Source: a plasmid. From it: 64,000 nucleotides of DNA. Positions 40,087 through 49,580 of this stretch are shown here, one piece after another; the stretch's first letter is position 1, and every line of letters starts with the position of its first letter. The notes beneath the pieces were generated by a model. That model saw only the letters and a program-made list of their open reading frames with translations. It was not told the origin of the DNA and did not search any database. The DNA lies in the sequence record OW967251.1, one strand, 5' to 3'. Made by a program: the position numbers and the translations under genes.

Positions 40087-40920
40087 TTACGCGGCCTCCT
40101 GTATTCCGCGCAAAAAGTCCCGCATGGCCCTGAACCGGCGAAGATCTGCCAGTCGCTTTTCAAAGGCATTCAGGTAGTAAACCGGGGTATACCTCACCCG
40201 CCGGTACTGCATCGTGAGCGTGTTACCCGTCACCACTTCCGCCGCTATCCCCAGCAGTGACAGCTGGATGAAGGCCATATCTGCCGCTACCGGATCGATG
40301 TCAATGCAGCTGCCGAACATGTGCATTGAGGGGTTGATATCGGCTTCAAGCAGGCACTCTGCATAGGCGATCAGCATCCCGGCAGCCCCACACGCCGGAT
40401 CGCTGACTGTGGCAATCCCTTCCCGGCGGATAGTGTCTCTGACACCTGGCATTAGCATCCGCGCCATCAGACACTGCACTGAATACGGGGTAAAATACTG
40501 CCCGCGAAAATTATCGCCCAGCTCCAGCTCCATAAAAATAGCGCCGAGGAAATCATGAAATTTCGCCTCCAGCGCACACACCATCAGGCAGAACATTTCC
40601 TGCATGTTCGCGATGTCGGTGGCCCCGTACCGGGCGCAGATTTTCCGGCAGTTCTCCATGCTCTCCGGCGTTCGTATCCGGGCCATATCCAGCTCGCTGG
40701 CGGCAAGCGACAGAAAATCACTGAACACTTCCCAGCGCCCCAGATGGCGGCCCGTATCCTTAAATACGCGGATAAAACGGCTCCGGCTGTACTGCTCGCT
40801 CATCATACGCTGAACCGTGGGCACCATTTCCGCGATCTGCTGCCCTGCCTGAATGACAGGGCTGTTATCAGCGGCTTCTCTGGCCATATTGAACACATCG
40901 GCAAAACTCAGTTGTGACAT
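40087..40920 (-). CDS. Truncated N6-adenine methyltransferase-like protein (HsdM-like N-terminal half, with no catalytic NPPF/Y motif).
   Basis: Motifs YFTPYSVQCLMARML and DPACGAAGML (SAM motif I) are present, together with the ...DPVAADMAFIQLSLLGI region. The protein ends about 50 aa later with no NPPY/DPPY. Confidence 0.7.
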   Translation of the reverse strand: MSQLSFADVFNMAREAADNSPVIQAGQQIAEMVPTVQRMMSEQYSRSRFIRVFKDTGRHLGRWEVFSDFLSLAASELDMARIRTPESMENCRKICARYGATDIANMQEMFCLMVCALEAKFHDFLGAIFMELELGDNFRGQYFTPYSVQCLMARMLMPGVRDTIRREGIATVSDPACGAAGMLIAYAECLLEADINPSMHMFGSCIDIDPVAADMAFIQLSLLGIAAEVVTGNTLTMQYRRVRYTPVYYLNAFEKRLADLRRFRAMRDFLRGIQEAA

Positions 40921-41211
40921 GAAACATTCTCCGGTAATGCCGCCCCCTTCAGGGGGCGGCGTTTTTCACATCACGCGAGGCCGAGGCCAGCGTAAACCGC
41001 GGTCATGAACTGCTGCCAGTACTCCAGCTTTAAAGCGGGAACGCGGGCTCGCTGACCACTGCGAAGGGCATTTACAAACGCGTTCGCCTGTGCGACGATT
41101 TGCGGGTCGAAATTCATGGTTTAATCTCCATGTTTATTTTGTGTATGCCGGATGCAAACTTTTGCGGGTGTCACATCCGGCGTGGAATGAGCAGGCGAAA
41201 GCCTGCTTTTT

Positions 41212-41559
41212 TCATTTTTCGGTCAGGTTAAATCCCTCCTTAATGCGCGTTGTGATCTGCGCATGGCTCAGGTTACACACATCCCGCAGCCGGAAATATC
41301 TGGCTCCGTAGCGGGCATAGATCTCTGTCACGTCACCGCAAACCATCTCCTGCAGCATGAACGTTTCCCACTCGCCGTTCTCACTCGTTGACCAGTTGAG
41401 CGGATACATCAGGCCCAGCGCGTCATGGAATGTGTGAACGTCGATTTCTGAGGGGGCTTTTACCGCTGCTTTCTGCAGGCTCAACCAGTATTCGCGCTCT
41501 GCTTCTGCTGTAGCCAGCATTCCCGGATGGGCTGAGGATTCGGTGAGGAGTAAGTGCAT
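41212..41559 (-). CDS. Hypothetical leading-region protein (~115 aa).
   Basis: ORF. The start is chosen at MHLLLTES. Confidence 0.45.
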   Translation of the reverse strand: MHLLLTESSAHPGMLATAEAEREYWLSLQKAAVKAPSEIDVHTFHDALGLMYPLNWSTSENGEWETFMLQEMVCGDVTEIYARYGARYFRLRDVCNLSHAQITTRIKEGFNLTEK

Positions 41560-41615
41560 GGGGTTCTCCTTCAGGTTAAGGGTTGGCAGTACCAAACCGC
41601 CACCCGATTAGGTCA

Positions 41616-41969
41616 TCAGTAATCAGCTGCCAGCTCGCTCATAAGGTCGGCACATTCATCATGAGCACGTTCTTCTTCCGCCAGCGTCAGCATGTAACCC
41701 CGTTGAGCCGCCGCGCCAATGAATACCGGACGATCTTTCAGCGGCAGCTTTTCCAGGTAAATCATAGCCATACTCAACAGACGGGACGCATAAATCTCGT
41801 AGTACAAACCACACCCACGACTTGCCTGTTTTTCCATACGAGCCAGCACCACATCAGCGCGGATCACATCGAAAGGGTTACGGGAATGAATGTTGCGCAC
41901 AAAACAGTCAGTCCGGAGGGTTGTGCTTTCTTTGGTGGAGGGTTTTACGTTGACGTTTTGTATGCTCAT
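41616..41969 (-). CDS. Hypothetical leading-region protein (117 aa), the first gene after repeat copy B.
   Basis: Start at MSIQNVNV with a GGAG ribosome-binding site. The upstream extension of the track ORF lies within the repeat. Confidence 0.5.
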   Translation of the reverse strand: MSIQNVNVKPSTKESTTLRTDCFVRNIHSRNPFDVIRADVVLARMEKQASRGCGLYYEIYASRLLSMAMIYLEKLPLKDRPVFIGAAAQRGYMLTLAEEERAHDECADLMSELAADY

Positions 41970-42007
41970 CCTACTTTCTCCTCTGTCTGTTTTTCTGTCT
42001 TTTAAAA

Positions 42008-42560
42008 CCATCACCCGTTGAGTTGCCGGGGCCGCGGTTTTGACTTTGTGCGGGGACCTGCTGAACCTGCCCCCTGGATATAACCTTCACCCGTTTGAGA
42101 GCCGTTCGCCGCAAGGGCGTAAACGAGCACGGCCCGGTGCAGATGTCCGGGGGTGAGCGGGAAATTTTTTTCGGCCTAATGAAGCGGCAGCGGAATGGCC
42201 GGGGAAAATTTATTGCGAAAGGCCCTGCCGTCCCCTGGACAGCAAGACGGGTTGTGCTTGTCTCAGCCCCGGCGAATGGACTCAAACGGGTGATACGGGT
42301 ACCAGGGGAAAGGAGCAGGCACCCGCCGCAACGACGGAACGCGCGGGCGCGAAACGGCGTTGCCCCGCAGAGTGCCGGCAGCTTTATCGCCGGCACGGTG
42401 AAAGCGGCGCGACCGGGACGGTCGCAGCAAGCGCTGCCGTTGACCTTTCAGACATCAGACACTAGCCGTCAGGCCCGAAACCGCTTTGCGGGTTCGGCGG
42501 AGCTTACCGCGTCTTTTCGCGGTTAGCGGAGTGTGGCTCGACGACTGGCCAGCTTTGCTG
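42008..42560 (-). repeat. Structured GC-rich repeat, copy B (shorter tail). Putative Frpo/ssi-like element.
   Basis: Near-identical to copies A, C and D over about 550 bp. Confidence 0.5.
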
Positions 42561-42598
42561 GTCAGGAGCCGAAGGGGTCCAGTGTTGTTATGCCTTTC

Positions 42599-42949
42599 TT
42601 AACGTTCCAGGCGTTCGACGGTGGCCAGCAATTGCGGATAGGTCGCTGAGTAACACTTTTCGTACAGTGATTTAGCTGCGGGTATCCCTTCCAGATAATC
42701 ATCCGAGTCCCGAATTTCCTGAGCCAGATATTCAATAAAGGCGGGTTCCACAACGGAGCCACTCAGCACATTAAGCAGAACCTGTGTTTCGTCGTCATCG
42801 AGAGGAAGGGCACAGGCCCGAACCAGATGCGCATAGCGATCAAAGATATTATTCAGCCTTTCAGTCACCCCTTCCCTGTGGGAGTTCAGATGTGCTCGCA
42901 GCTTAGGCGAAGGCGTGAAAGAGGGGTTGCGGGAGATCTCTTTTTTCAC
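42599..42949 (-). CDS. Hypothetical leading-region protein (116 aa).
   Basis: ORF. Its end overlaps the upstream ORF by 4 nt. Confidence 0.5.
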   Translation of the reverse strand: MKKEISRNPSFTPSPKLRAHLNSHREGVTERLNNIFDRYAHLVRACALPLDDDETQVLLNVLSGSVVEPAFIEYLAQEIRDSDDYLEGIPAAKSLYEKCYSATYPQLLATVERLER

Positions 42950-43239
42950 TGGTTATCCTCAGAATACTGGCCCGACATCATTAAGAATTTGCGCCGCTCC
43001 CTCACGAACTGTCGATACCATTTACGGGCAACACTGGCCAGATCGTCCTCAGAAGCGTCACAGTACAGCGTACTGCCCATAAACCCTCCCCCACGGCAAA
43101 TCTGAGCACCTGTGTTACCAGAGTGTCCCGGGGACTCCAGGTGGACATAACCGCCACTCTCGGGTGCGTAAAAACTGAAAATTTCGCCGGTTTTACGGGA
43201 TTTTATCGTGAAGTTCATGCTGGCTCTCCTTTGGCTCAC
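42946..43239 (-). CDS. Hypothetical leading-region protein (97 aa).
   Basis: ORF. Confidence 0.45.
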   Translation of the reverse strand: MSQRRASMNFTIKSRKTGEIFSFYAPESGGYVHLESPGHSGNTGAQICRGGGFMGSTLYCDASEDDLASVARKWYRQFVRERRKFLMMSGQYSEDNQ

Positions 43240-43265
43240 CCGCGACTGCGCTTCGCCTCACTGAG

Positions 43266-43625
43266 TTAAGTGGAAAAATTGCTGTTCATTACACAATCAA
43301 CTGTATGACAGATGTCATACATAATCAACAAAAAAAAGCCGGCTAACAATTGCGTTGATTCAGTCACTCCGGCAACATCAATAATTAACATCCACATAGC
43401 TATGGCAAATAACTGGCATGCAATTATCCTTGCGTTCATCATAGAACCACCTAATAAAGACACTGTTGCGGCCATAGTTATAATCCACATTCCAGCAAAA
43501 GCAGCAAAAATAGCTGAAATGCTGAACCCCAAAAATGTAAACACTATCGATTCACGCACGGTAAGCCCGTAAAATCCATAAAGCACTAAAATCACACAAA
43601 TAAATACCACCATAAACTTCATCAT
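43266..43625 (-). CDS. Hypothetical polytopic membrane protein (119 aa).
   Basis: ORF that is hydrophobic throughout. Confidence 0.45.
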   Translation of the reverse strand: MMKFMVVFICVILVLYGFYGLTVRESIVFTFLGFSISAIFAAFAGMWIITMAATVSLLGGSMMNARIIACQLFAIAMWMLIIDVAGVTESTQLLAGFFLLIMYDICHTVDCVMNSNFST

Positions 43626-43735
43626 AATCCCTCGCTTTCCTTTAAAATCTGCACACCCAACTTATTTCAATCTAAATTCATTAATCCATTGCCGTTTGAT
43701 ACATAACCCTTAAATCTCGCTGAGTTTAATATCAT

Positions 43736-44062
43736 TTAACGGACTGTTTTACCGCTAAAATAATCAGGCCGAGCCTCCAGTTCTCTTTCGATGAGTTCAT
43801 CAGCAAACAGTGGGGCGGTACGATATACTCTTTTCGCCAGATTGCGTCGGCGAGCTGCAGCTTTTTGTTCTTCACTCCAGCGACGGATCGGCTTGTCCCC
43901 ACAAAAATCCAGGCACACAGCATACCCTGCCCCTGCCACCCACAAATCCATAACTGATGCTGGCGCTGGTTGTCCTTCCTCAACTTGTTCCGAAGCGAGC
44001 ACCTCCACTCCTGGACACGGAGAAGGTAACTTCCAGCGCAGCGAATAGCGCCATGTCATCAA
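43736..44062 (-). CDS. Hypothetical protein downstream of psiA (108 aa).
   Basis: ORF. It abuts psiA with 0 nt gap. Confidence 0.35.
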   Translation of the reverse strand: MMTWRYSLRWKLPSPCPGVEVLASEQVEEGQPAPASVMDLWVAGAGYAVCLDFCGDKPIRRWSEEQKAAARRRNLAKRVYRTAPLFADELIERELEARPDYFSGKTVR

Positions 44063-44785
44063 TTATCCTCTGCAGATAAGTTTGTTTGGTACCAGCCAGC
44101 GCTCCCTCTCAAGGATGGCCTCTTCCGATTCCTGAACGATGAAACGGATTTCATGCATAACCTCATACAAGGGGGCATGAGCACAAAGGAGCCAGCGAAG
44201 ATCCCTGAGAGATGTAAATCGCGTCTGCCAACGCCAGAAGGCCGGTTCAAGCTCACTCGCGTCAAACTCGTCGCTCCACCGGCGGTACCAGCTGTTAACC
44301 GTTTCCGGCGACTGGAAATTTAGCTCAGTGACAGCCTGCCCGAGCAAATTCTGGCGCAGTAGCCATGACTGTTCAACCTTCCGCGCTTCCCGCCGCATTT
44401 TGCGGGTGAATGCGATGTTCTGACGCTGAGTTCTCCGCTCTCCACGGGCGTGCCTCACCTCCGGGAACAGTTCAGACTGCACATCCTGCGACAATGGCAA
44501 AGGACAATACTCGCCATTGCTGGCAATCAATACATCCAGCGCTTCTTCCACCTGCTTCAGGTTTGAGAGTCGGTCCTTTGGATCACGATATAAGCCGGGA
44601 ATGCGTCGCGGCACTTCGTTGTTAATGCGGCCGCTGCCCGTCAGCAGGCGCAAAAAAGTTCGCACATGTGGCATCGATGGCAGACGAGCGCCGCGCTGGC
44701 GAGCATCTTCCACAGTCATGATGGCCTGCAGTGCAGCCTGTCGAGCAGGTTGCAGGGTAACAAGGGAACGGGATGAATGGATCAT
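44063..44785 (-). CDS. psiA: PsiA, plasmid SOS inhibition protein A.
   Basis: 240 aa, immediately downstream of psiB with a 4-nt overlap. Size and synteny match F psiA (239 aa). Confidence 0.8.
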   Translation of the reverse strand: MIHSSRSLVTLQPARQAALQAIMTVEDARQRGARLPSMPHVRTFLRLLTGSGRINNEVPRRIPGLYRDPKDRLSNLKQVEEALDVLIASNGEYCPLPLSQDVQSELFPEVRHARGERRTQRQNIAFTRKMRREARKVEQSWLLRQNLLGQAVTELNFQSPETVNSWYRRWSDEFDASELEPAFWRWQTRFTSLRDLRWLLCAHAPLYEVMHEIRFIVQESEEAILERERWLVPNKLICRG

Positions 44786-45213
44786 TGTTCGCCCTCCTGT
44801 TTCAGGGTGTTGATGATGCTGGCAAATGAATATCCGTCCTCATCGAGGCGCGCGATAAGGGACAGCGCATGGTTAATCCGTTCCGGGTTATATCTGGCCA
44901 TCGAGCAAACGACAGAGAAAGGCTGGCCTCCACGGGTAATAAAGACGATTATCCACACAGGACTGAGATCACCCGGACTGCATACTGCTACATCGAAATG
45001 GTCATGAGACGGGCTAAACCGGAGCTGGACAGGAAAGAACCCCCCAAATTCGGCCCGGTATTCCGCATTTACTGCCCAGCCATCCGGTACCGTTAAATCG
45101 CGCATGACTGCATGGCTCAGTTCACGACGAAAATCCTCACCGGCGTTACGATAGTCTTCCAGTTCTTCGGTAGACATGGTTTTCAGAACATCAAGATTCA
45201 GCACAGTTTTCAT
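44782..45213 (-). CDS. psiB: PsiB, plasmid SOS inhibition protein B (a RecA inhibitor).
   Basis: Starts MKTVLNLDVL and contains GGFFPVQLRFSPSHDHFDVAVCSPGD, which closely matches F PsiB. Confidence 0.9.
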   Translation of the reverse strand: MKTVLNLDVLKTMSTEELEDYRNAGEDFRRELSHAVMRDLTVPDGWAVNAEYRAEFGGFFPVQLRFSPSHDHFDVAVCSPGDLSPVWIIVFITRGGQPFSVVCSMARYNPERINHALSLIARLDEDGYSFASIINTLKQEGEQ

Positions 45214-45258
45214 AGTATTGTCTCCCTGCTGCCGCCCCTGACGGGGCGGCTCTGGTTA

Positions 45259-47268
45259 TCAGGCGGCGCAAGCCGTGTTGTCTTCGTTATCAGCATCGGT
45301 ATCGGGCGTCGTTGTCGAACCCGATTTTTTCGTATCCCGTGGCTGCATCCAGCCTGGTACCCAGCGGGTGTCTGACAGAGAACGCTCTGCAAGGATCGCC
45401 GCATCTCCCTTTTTCAGCTTCGCCGCTTCGACGGCGACTGAATCCAGCCCAGCTTCCTGTAACGCCTCCACTATCTGGTTTTTACTGAGCAGGCCGAGGA
45501 AGTTTTCAGCAGTGGGCTGCCACCAGTCACGCAAATTGAATCCGATCGCCGTCTCCACCTCATCAAGGTTGCTACGGCTGGTATGCCCATGCTCACGGGT
45601 CTGAACCCCATCAACGGAACAGGCCGTGCAGAACGCCATCAGAGCCATCAAGGTCTGACCGTCCAGTGTGAAAAATGTGGAAAAGTCCTTCTTCCAGCCT
45701 TGCGGTAACAGGCCTTCAAGACGGTTTTTCTCCTGCATAAGAGTTTGCCACGCCAGACCGTCTTTTCCGGTCGGGGCTTCGCTGACCAACCCACTGTGAT
45801 GAACATCCATCCGCATTACAAAGGGGTGACGGGTGGTAAGGCAGTATTCAAATACGCAGGAGCACAGCCGCCAGACCATCAGGGCCACTGCTTTCTGTGG
45901 CTGTTGTACCAGGGCAGCCTGAACAGCCAGTGTGCGTTCGGAAGACATTTTTTTGAGTAAGGGCAGACTGATCCCTTCTGCGGCATCCGGCTCTTTACGG
46001 TCGATCACATGCAGATCACGGCTGGTCGCCTGCGTAGCGGCATCCGCCTCCCCGGGCGTTTTAACCTTCTTCTGAATCCCGCGCAAAATGCAAAGCTCAC
46101 CATTATGAAGACAGGCTACTACGCCACAGCTTGCCTTCTGTTCGTCAGTCCATTGACGGTGTGCCGCCTGACTTTCTATTTCGTCGATCAGAACCTGAAT
46201 AGCGGCTTCATCCTCGTAGGTTTCCGTTGCCGCCTGTGTAGCGTACAACTCGTCGAGTCGTTGCTGTTCGTCCGGTGTGTACTGCGGTTCTGGCACAGGA
46301 AGCAGAAGGTAATTTTCACGATCTTCACCATAGTTCTGCAGTGGGTTTTCCCGCCCTATTGACCATGACCAGTCTTCGTTCAGTTCAATTGCCAGTGCAG
46401 CAGTCTCCAGTTTTTCCATAACCAGACGGTCTACGAGCACGCGATCTGCAGTACCGTCATTCTCCTCCTGGCTAAATAAATCTTCACGAACCACACCACC
46501 TGCTGCTTCGTAGGTTTCTCGACCAATGAAGACAAAGCGAGGATGTGTAACGGAAATTTCCGTTTCTGTAATTACCCGCTTGATGAGATGTGCCGAAACC
46601 GTGCTGTAAGCAGCTTTCACCTGTTCATATACCTGCACCTGACGCGCCTGATCACTTTCCAGACTCAGTGCCTGGCACTGCTCCACATCAAGGGTATTGT
46701 TTGCCAGCAGTTCGAGGATTTCCGGGGCGAGATGAGCCAATTTCAGCATGCGCTGAACGTGGCGACTTCCATACCCCAACTGGTCACCAATCTGCGCCGG
46801 GCTTTTCCCTTGTTCGGAGAGTTTGCGGAATCCGGCAATTTGTTCTGCCGGATGCATGGCCACACGCTGGTTGTTTTCCACCATTGAGGCCACAACCGCG
46901 AGTTCGTCACTAACCCGCTTAACGATCACCTGATACCCGGCATCGATGCGGTTTTCAGTGAGTAATAACTGCAGGGCTGCAAGACGCCGACCACCTGCAG
47001 CCACCCCTGACATACCTTCCGGGAGAGTATGCACAACCAGATTCTGAATCAGACCAATGGTCTCAATGGATTCAGCCAGTTCCCGGACACTCTCAACCGG
47101 GTACGGGATAGTGCGAACGTTCAGTGGCGATTTAATCAGCGCAGACAGCGGCACCAGTTCAATCTGTGCTGCTTCAAGCGCCTCTTTCAGAGCCGCTGCT
47201 TCGGCAGGTTTGACGTTTTTTTTGCTGGTTTTGACAGATGTTTTTGCTTTAGACTCGGTCACGGACAT
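45259..47268 (-). CDS. ParB-like nuclease domain protein (669 aa; the large leading-region ParB homologue, orf652-like).
   Basis: The N-terminal ParB/Srx fold motifs (IPYPVESVRELAESIETIGLIQNLVV, GGRRLAAL) are present. It lies in an operon with ssb and psiB. Confidence 0.8.
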   Translation of the reverse strand: MSVTESKAKTSVKTSKKNVKPAEAAALKEALEAAQIELVPLSALIKSPLNVRTIPYPVESVRELAESIETIGLIQNLVVHTLPEGMSGVAAGGRRLAALQLLLTENRIDAGYQVIVKRVSDELAVVASMVENNQRVAMHPAEQIAGFRKLSEQGKSPAQIGDQLGYGSRHVQRMLKLAHLAPEILELLANNTLDVEQCQALSLESDQARQVQVYEQVKAAYSTVSAHLIKRVITETEISVTHPRFVFIGRETYEAAGGVVREDLFSQEENDGTADRVLVDRLVMEKLETAALAIELNEDWSWSIGRENPLQNYGEDRENYLLLPVPEPQYTPDEQQRLDELYATQAATETYEDEAAIQVLIDEIESQAAHRQWTDEQKASCGVVACLHNGELCILRGIQKKVKTPGEADAATQATSRDLHVIDRKEPDAAEGISLPLLKKMSSERTLAVQAALVQQPQKAVALMVWRLCSCVFEYCLTTRHPFVMRMDVHHSGLVSEAPTGKDGLAWQTLMQEKNRLEGLLPQGWKKDFSTFFTLDGQTLMALMAFCTACSVDGVQTREHGHTSRSNLDEVETAIGFNLRDWWQPTAENFLGLLSKNQIVEALQEAGLDSVAVEAAKLKKGDAAILAERSLSDTRWVPGWMQPRDTKKSGSTTTPDTDADNEDNTACAA

Positions 47269-47336
47269 AATTGATACCTCACTGGATTAATGATTGTCTG
47301 CCGGGTAGTCCCCCTACCCGGCGCCTTCTTACTTCA

Positions 47337-47579
47337 TTACTTCGTTTTACGGATGCCATAGAATTCGATGTAGCGGTTGAGCCAGTAGGCGGCCCCTTTT
47401 TCAAAATTCCACCCCCGCCAAATCATTTCACCGTCTCGACGAACAACCAGCCGGAAATGTGTACCCTGATCGTCTTCAATGGTGACATTCTGAAACTGTT
47501 CTGCCACCGCTGTGGCTTGTTCGCGTGTGAACGAGCCATCGGCGAGGCACTTAAGTAATGTGTTCGTGTTGTCTGTCAT
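47337..47579 (-). CDS. Hypothetical protein (80 aa) between ssb and the parB-like gene.
   Basis: ORF. Confidence 0.45.
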   Translation of the reverse strand: MTDNTNTLLKCLADGSFTREQATAVAEQFQNVTIEDDQGTHFRLVVRRDGEMIWRGWNFEKGAAYWLNRYIEFYGIRKTK

Positions 47580-47626
47580 GGTTTTTCTCCTGTAAAAGCC
47601 CCTGCATCAGAGGCTTTTCTGCGTCA

Positions 47627-48139
47627 TCAAAAGGGGATCTCATCGTCAAAATCGTGACCCGGATCAGGCTGCGAAGGTGGTTGCTGCGGAGCAGTGTTAG
47701 ATTTTTTACCTGCAGCCTTACCTTTCCCTTTCGCTGCACCGGAGGTGGCAGGAGGTGGCGTTTGCGGATCAGATTGAGGCTGACTTTCACGGCGGCCGCC
47801 CAGCATCTGCATGGTGCCCCCAACGTTAACCACAACTTCTGTAACGTACTTCTCCAGACCAGATTGATCAGTCCACTTGCGGCTACGTAACTGACCTTCG
47901 ATATAGACCTGAGCACCTTTACGCAGATATTCCCCGGCCACTTCGGCCAGTTTTCCAAACACAACAACACGGTGCCATTCAGTGTTTTCGCGCATTTGTC
48001 CATCCTGTTTGTCACGCCATGTTTCTGACGTGGCCAGGGTGAAATTAGCCACTGCGCCACCGGAAGGCAGATAACGAACTTCGGGATCTTGTCCGAGATA
48101 ACCGACAAGAATGACTTTATTGACGCCACGTGTTGCCAT
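47627..48139 (-). CDS. ssb: Plasmid single-stranded DNA-binding protein.
   Basis: Starts [43 protein letters not shown] and has the acidic tail DFDDEIPF. The start is at MATRGV, and the boundary may be off by 1-2 nt. The longer track ORF is a read-through into repeat copy C. Confidence 0.92.
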   Translation of the reverse strand: MATRGVNKVILVGYLGQDPEVRYLPSGGAVANFTLATSETWRDKQDGQMRENTEWHRVVVFGKLAEVAGEYLRKGAQVYIEGQLRSRKWTDQSGLEKYVTEVVVNVGGTMQMLGGRRESQPQSDPQTPPPATSGAAKGKGKAAGKKSNTAPQQPPSQPDPGHDFDDEIPF

Positions 48140-48175
48140 AATGAATCTCCTTAATCTGTTGTTTTGCCTTTTAAA

Positions 48176-48840
48176 ACCATCACCCGTTGAGTTGCCGGGG
48201 CCGCGGTTTTGACTTTGTGCGGGGACCTGCTGAACCTGCCCCCTGGATATAACCTTCACCCGTTTGAGAGCCGTTCGCCGCAAGGGCGTAAACGAGCACG
48301 GCCCGGTGCAGATGTCCGGGGGTGAGCGGGAAATTTTTTTCGGCCTAATGAAGCGGCAGCGGAATGGCCGGGAAAAATTTATTGCGAAAGGCCCTGCCGT
48401 CCCCTGGACAGCAAGACGGGTTGTGCTTGTCTCAGCCCCGGCGAATGGACTCAAACGGGTGATACGGGTACCAGGGGAAAGGAGCAGGCACCCGCCGCAA
48501 CGACGAAGAGCGCGGGCGCGAAACGGCGTTGCCCCGCAGAGTGCCGGCAGTCCTTCGCCGGCACGGTGAAAGCGGCGCGACCGGGACGGTCGCAGCAAGC
48601 GCTGCCGTTGACCTTGACTTCAGACATCAGACACTAGCCGTCAGGCCCGAAACCGCTTGCGGGTTCGGCGGAGCTTACCGCGTCTTTTCGCGGTTAGCGG
48701 AGTGTGGCTCGACGACCGGACAGCGCAGCTGGCCGGGAGCCGAAGGTGTCCAGTATGGGTGTGCTTTTAAAGCCTTTAAGGGTTAAAAAGAGACATCACA
48801 GCAGAAAGAAGAAGAGAAAGCAGACAGACAGCAGGCAGCA
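48176..48840 (-). repeat. Structured GC-rich repeat, copy C, directly upstream of ssb. Putative Frpo-like single-strand promoter.
   Basis: Near-identical to copies A, B and D. In F, Frpo lies upstream of ssb. Confidence 0.55.
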
Positions 48841-48969
48841 AACAGGGAAGACGCGGAAAGGAAATGCGGGCGGCGCGTCAGCGCGGCCCGGTTTTCCCGG
48901 CGCCGCAGGCGCGCGGTCTTTCGAGGCGCGGCCAGACGGGGACAGGTGCCCCGCCGGCTTAACGTGTCA

Positions 48970-49533
48970 TCAGACGGTTATTCTGAGAATGGCGGTCGCT
49001 ACCTGGGTATACGTGAATGTTCCCCGCGGCAACGGCTCCCAGACGTCCGCCAGGGACTCCAGCGCCTTTTGCTGACGCGGCCCGTCCAGACATATGCCCG
49101 TCAGAATCCCGCCAGGCTCAAGCAGAGTTAATGCCCGCCGGATATGCCGGATATCATCACCGCGATTAAACGGCGGATTCATGATAATTCGGGTATACCG
49201 GCGCTCCGGATGATATTCGAGAAAATCTCCGCACCAGATCCGGACCTCCGGGAAATGCGCCTGCAGGTGACGGGCTAACCCGGCGTGCAGCTCCACGGCG
49301 TCACACTTCGCCCGGGGGACTGCATCCCTGATCGCCTGCAGTATGGCGCCCGTTCCGGCACTGGGTTCCAGAATGCGATCGGTTTCCCGGACATCAGCCA
49401 GCTCAACCAGCCGGCGACATTCCGGGGAGGGGGTGACAAAAAGTTGCGAGCTACCCTGAATTTCAGCGACAGGGGCGCGCCCTTCCAGTTTGTCCCGCAT
49501 CGCCTGAATACGGTGTTTAAGGTCATGATGCAT
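48970..49533 (-). CDS. Small SAM-dependent methyltransferase (N6-adenine/N4-cytosine type).
   Basis: Motif I (EPSAGTGAIL) and the catalytic NPPF motif are present. About 187 aa from MHHDLKH. Confidence 0.75.
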   Translation of the reverse strand: MHHDLKHRIQAMRDKLEGRAPVAEIQGSSQLFVTPSPECRRLVELADVRETDRILEPSAGTGAILQAIRDAVPRAKCDAVELHAGLARHLQAHFPEVRIWCGDFLEYHPERRYTRIIMNPPFNRGDDIRHIRRALTLLEPGGILTGICLDGPRQQKALESLADVWEPLPRGTFTYTQVATAILRITV

Positions 49534-49580
49534 GAATGTACTCCCTGACCTCCCCGGCAAGATGCCGGGGAGCCTTCCTG

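Noticed and set aside
43266-44062. Search for a hok/sok (flm) addiction module downstream of psiA, as in F.
   Set aside because: No Hok-like peptide with a CEIR/REVAAF signature was found in any frame. The ORFs present are unrelated.
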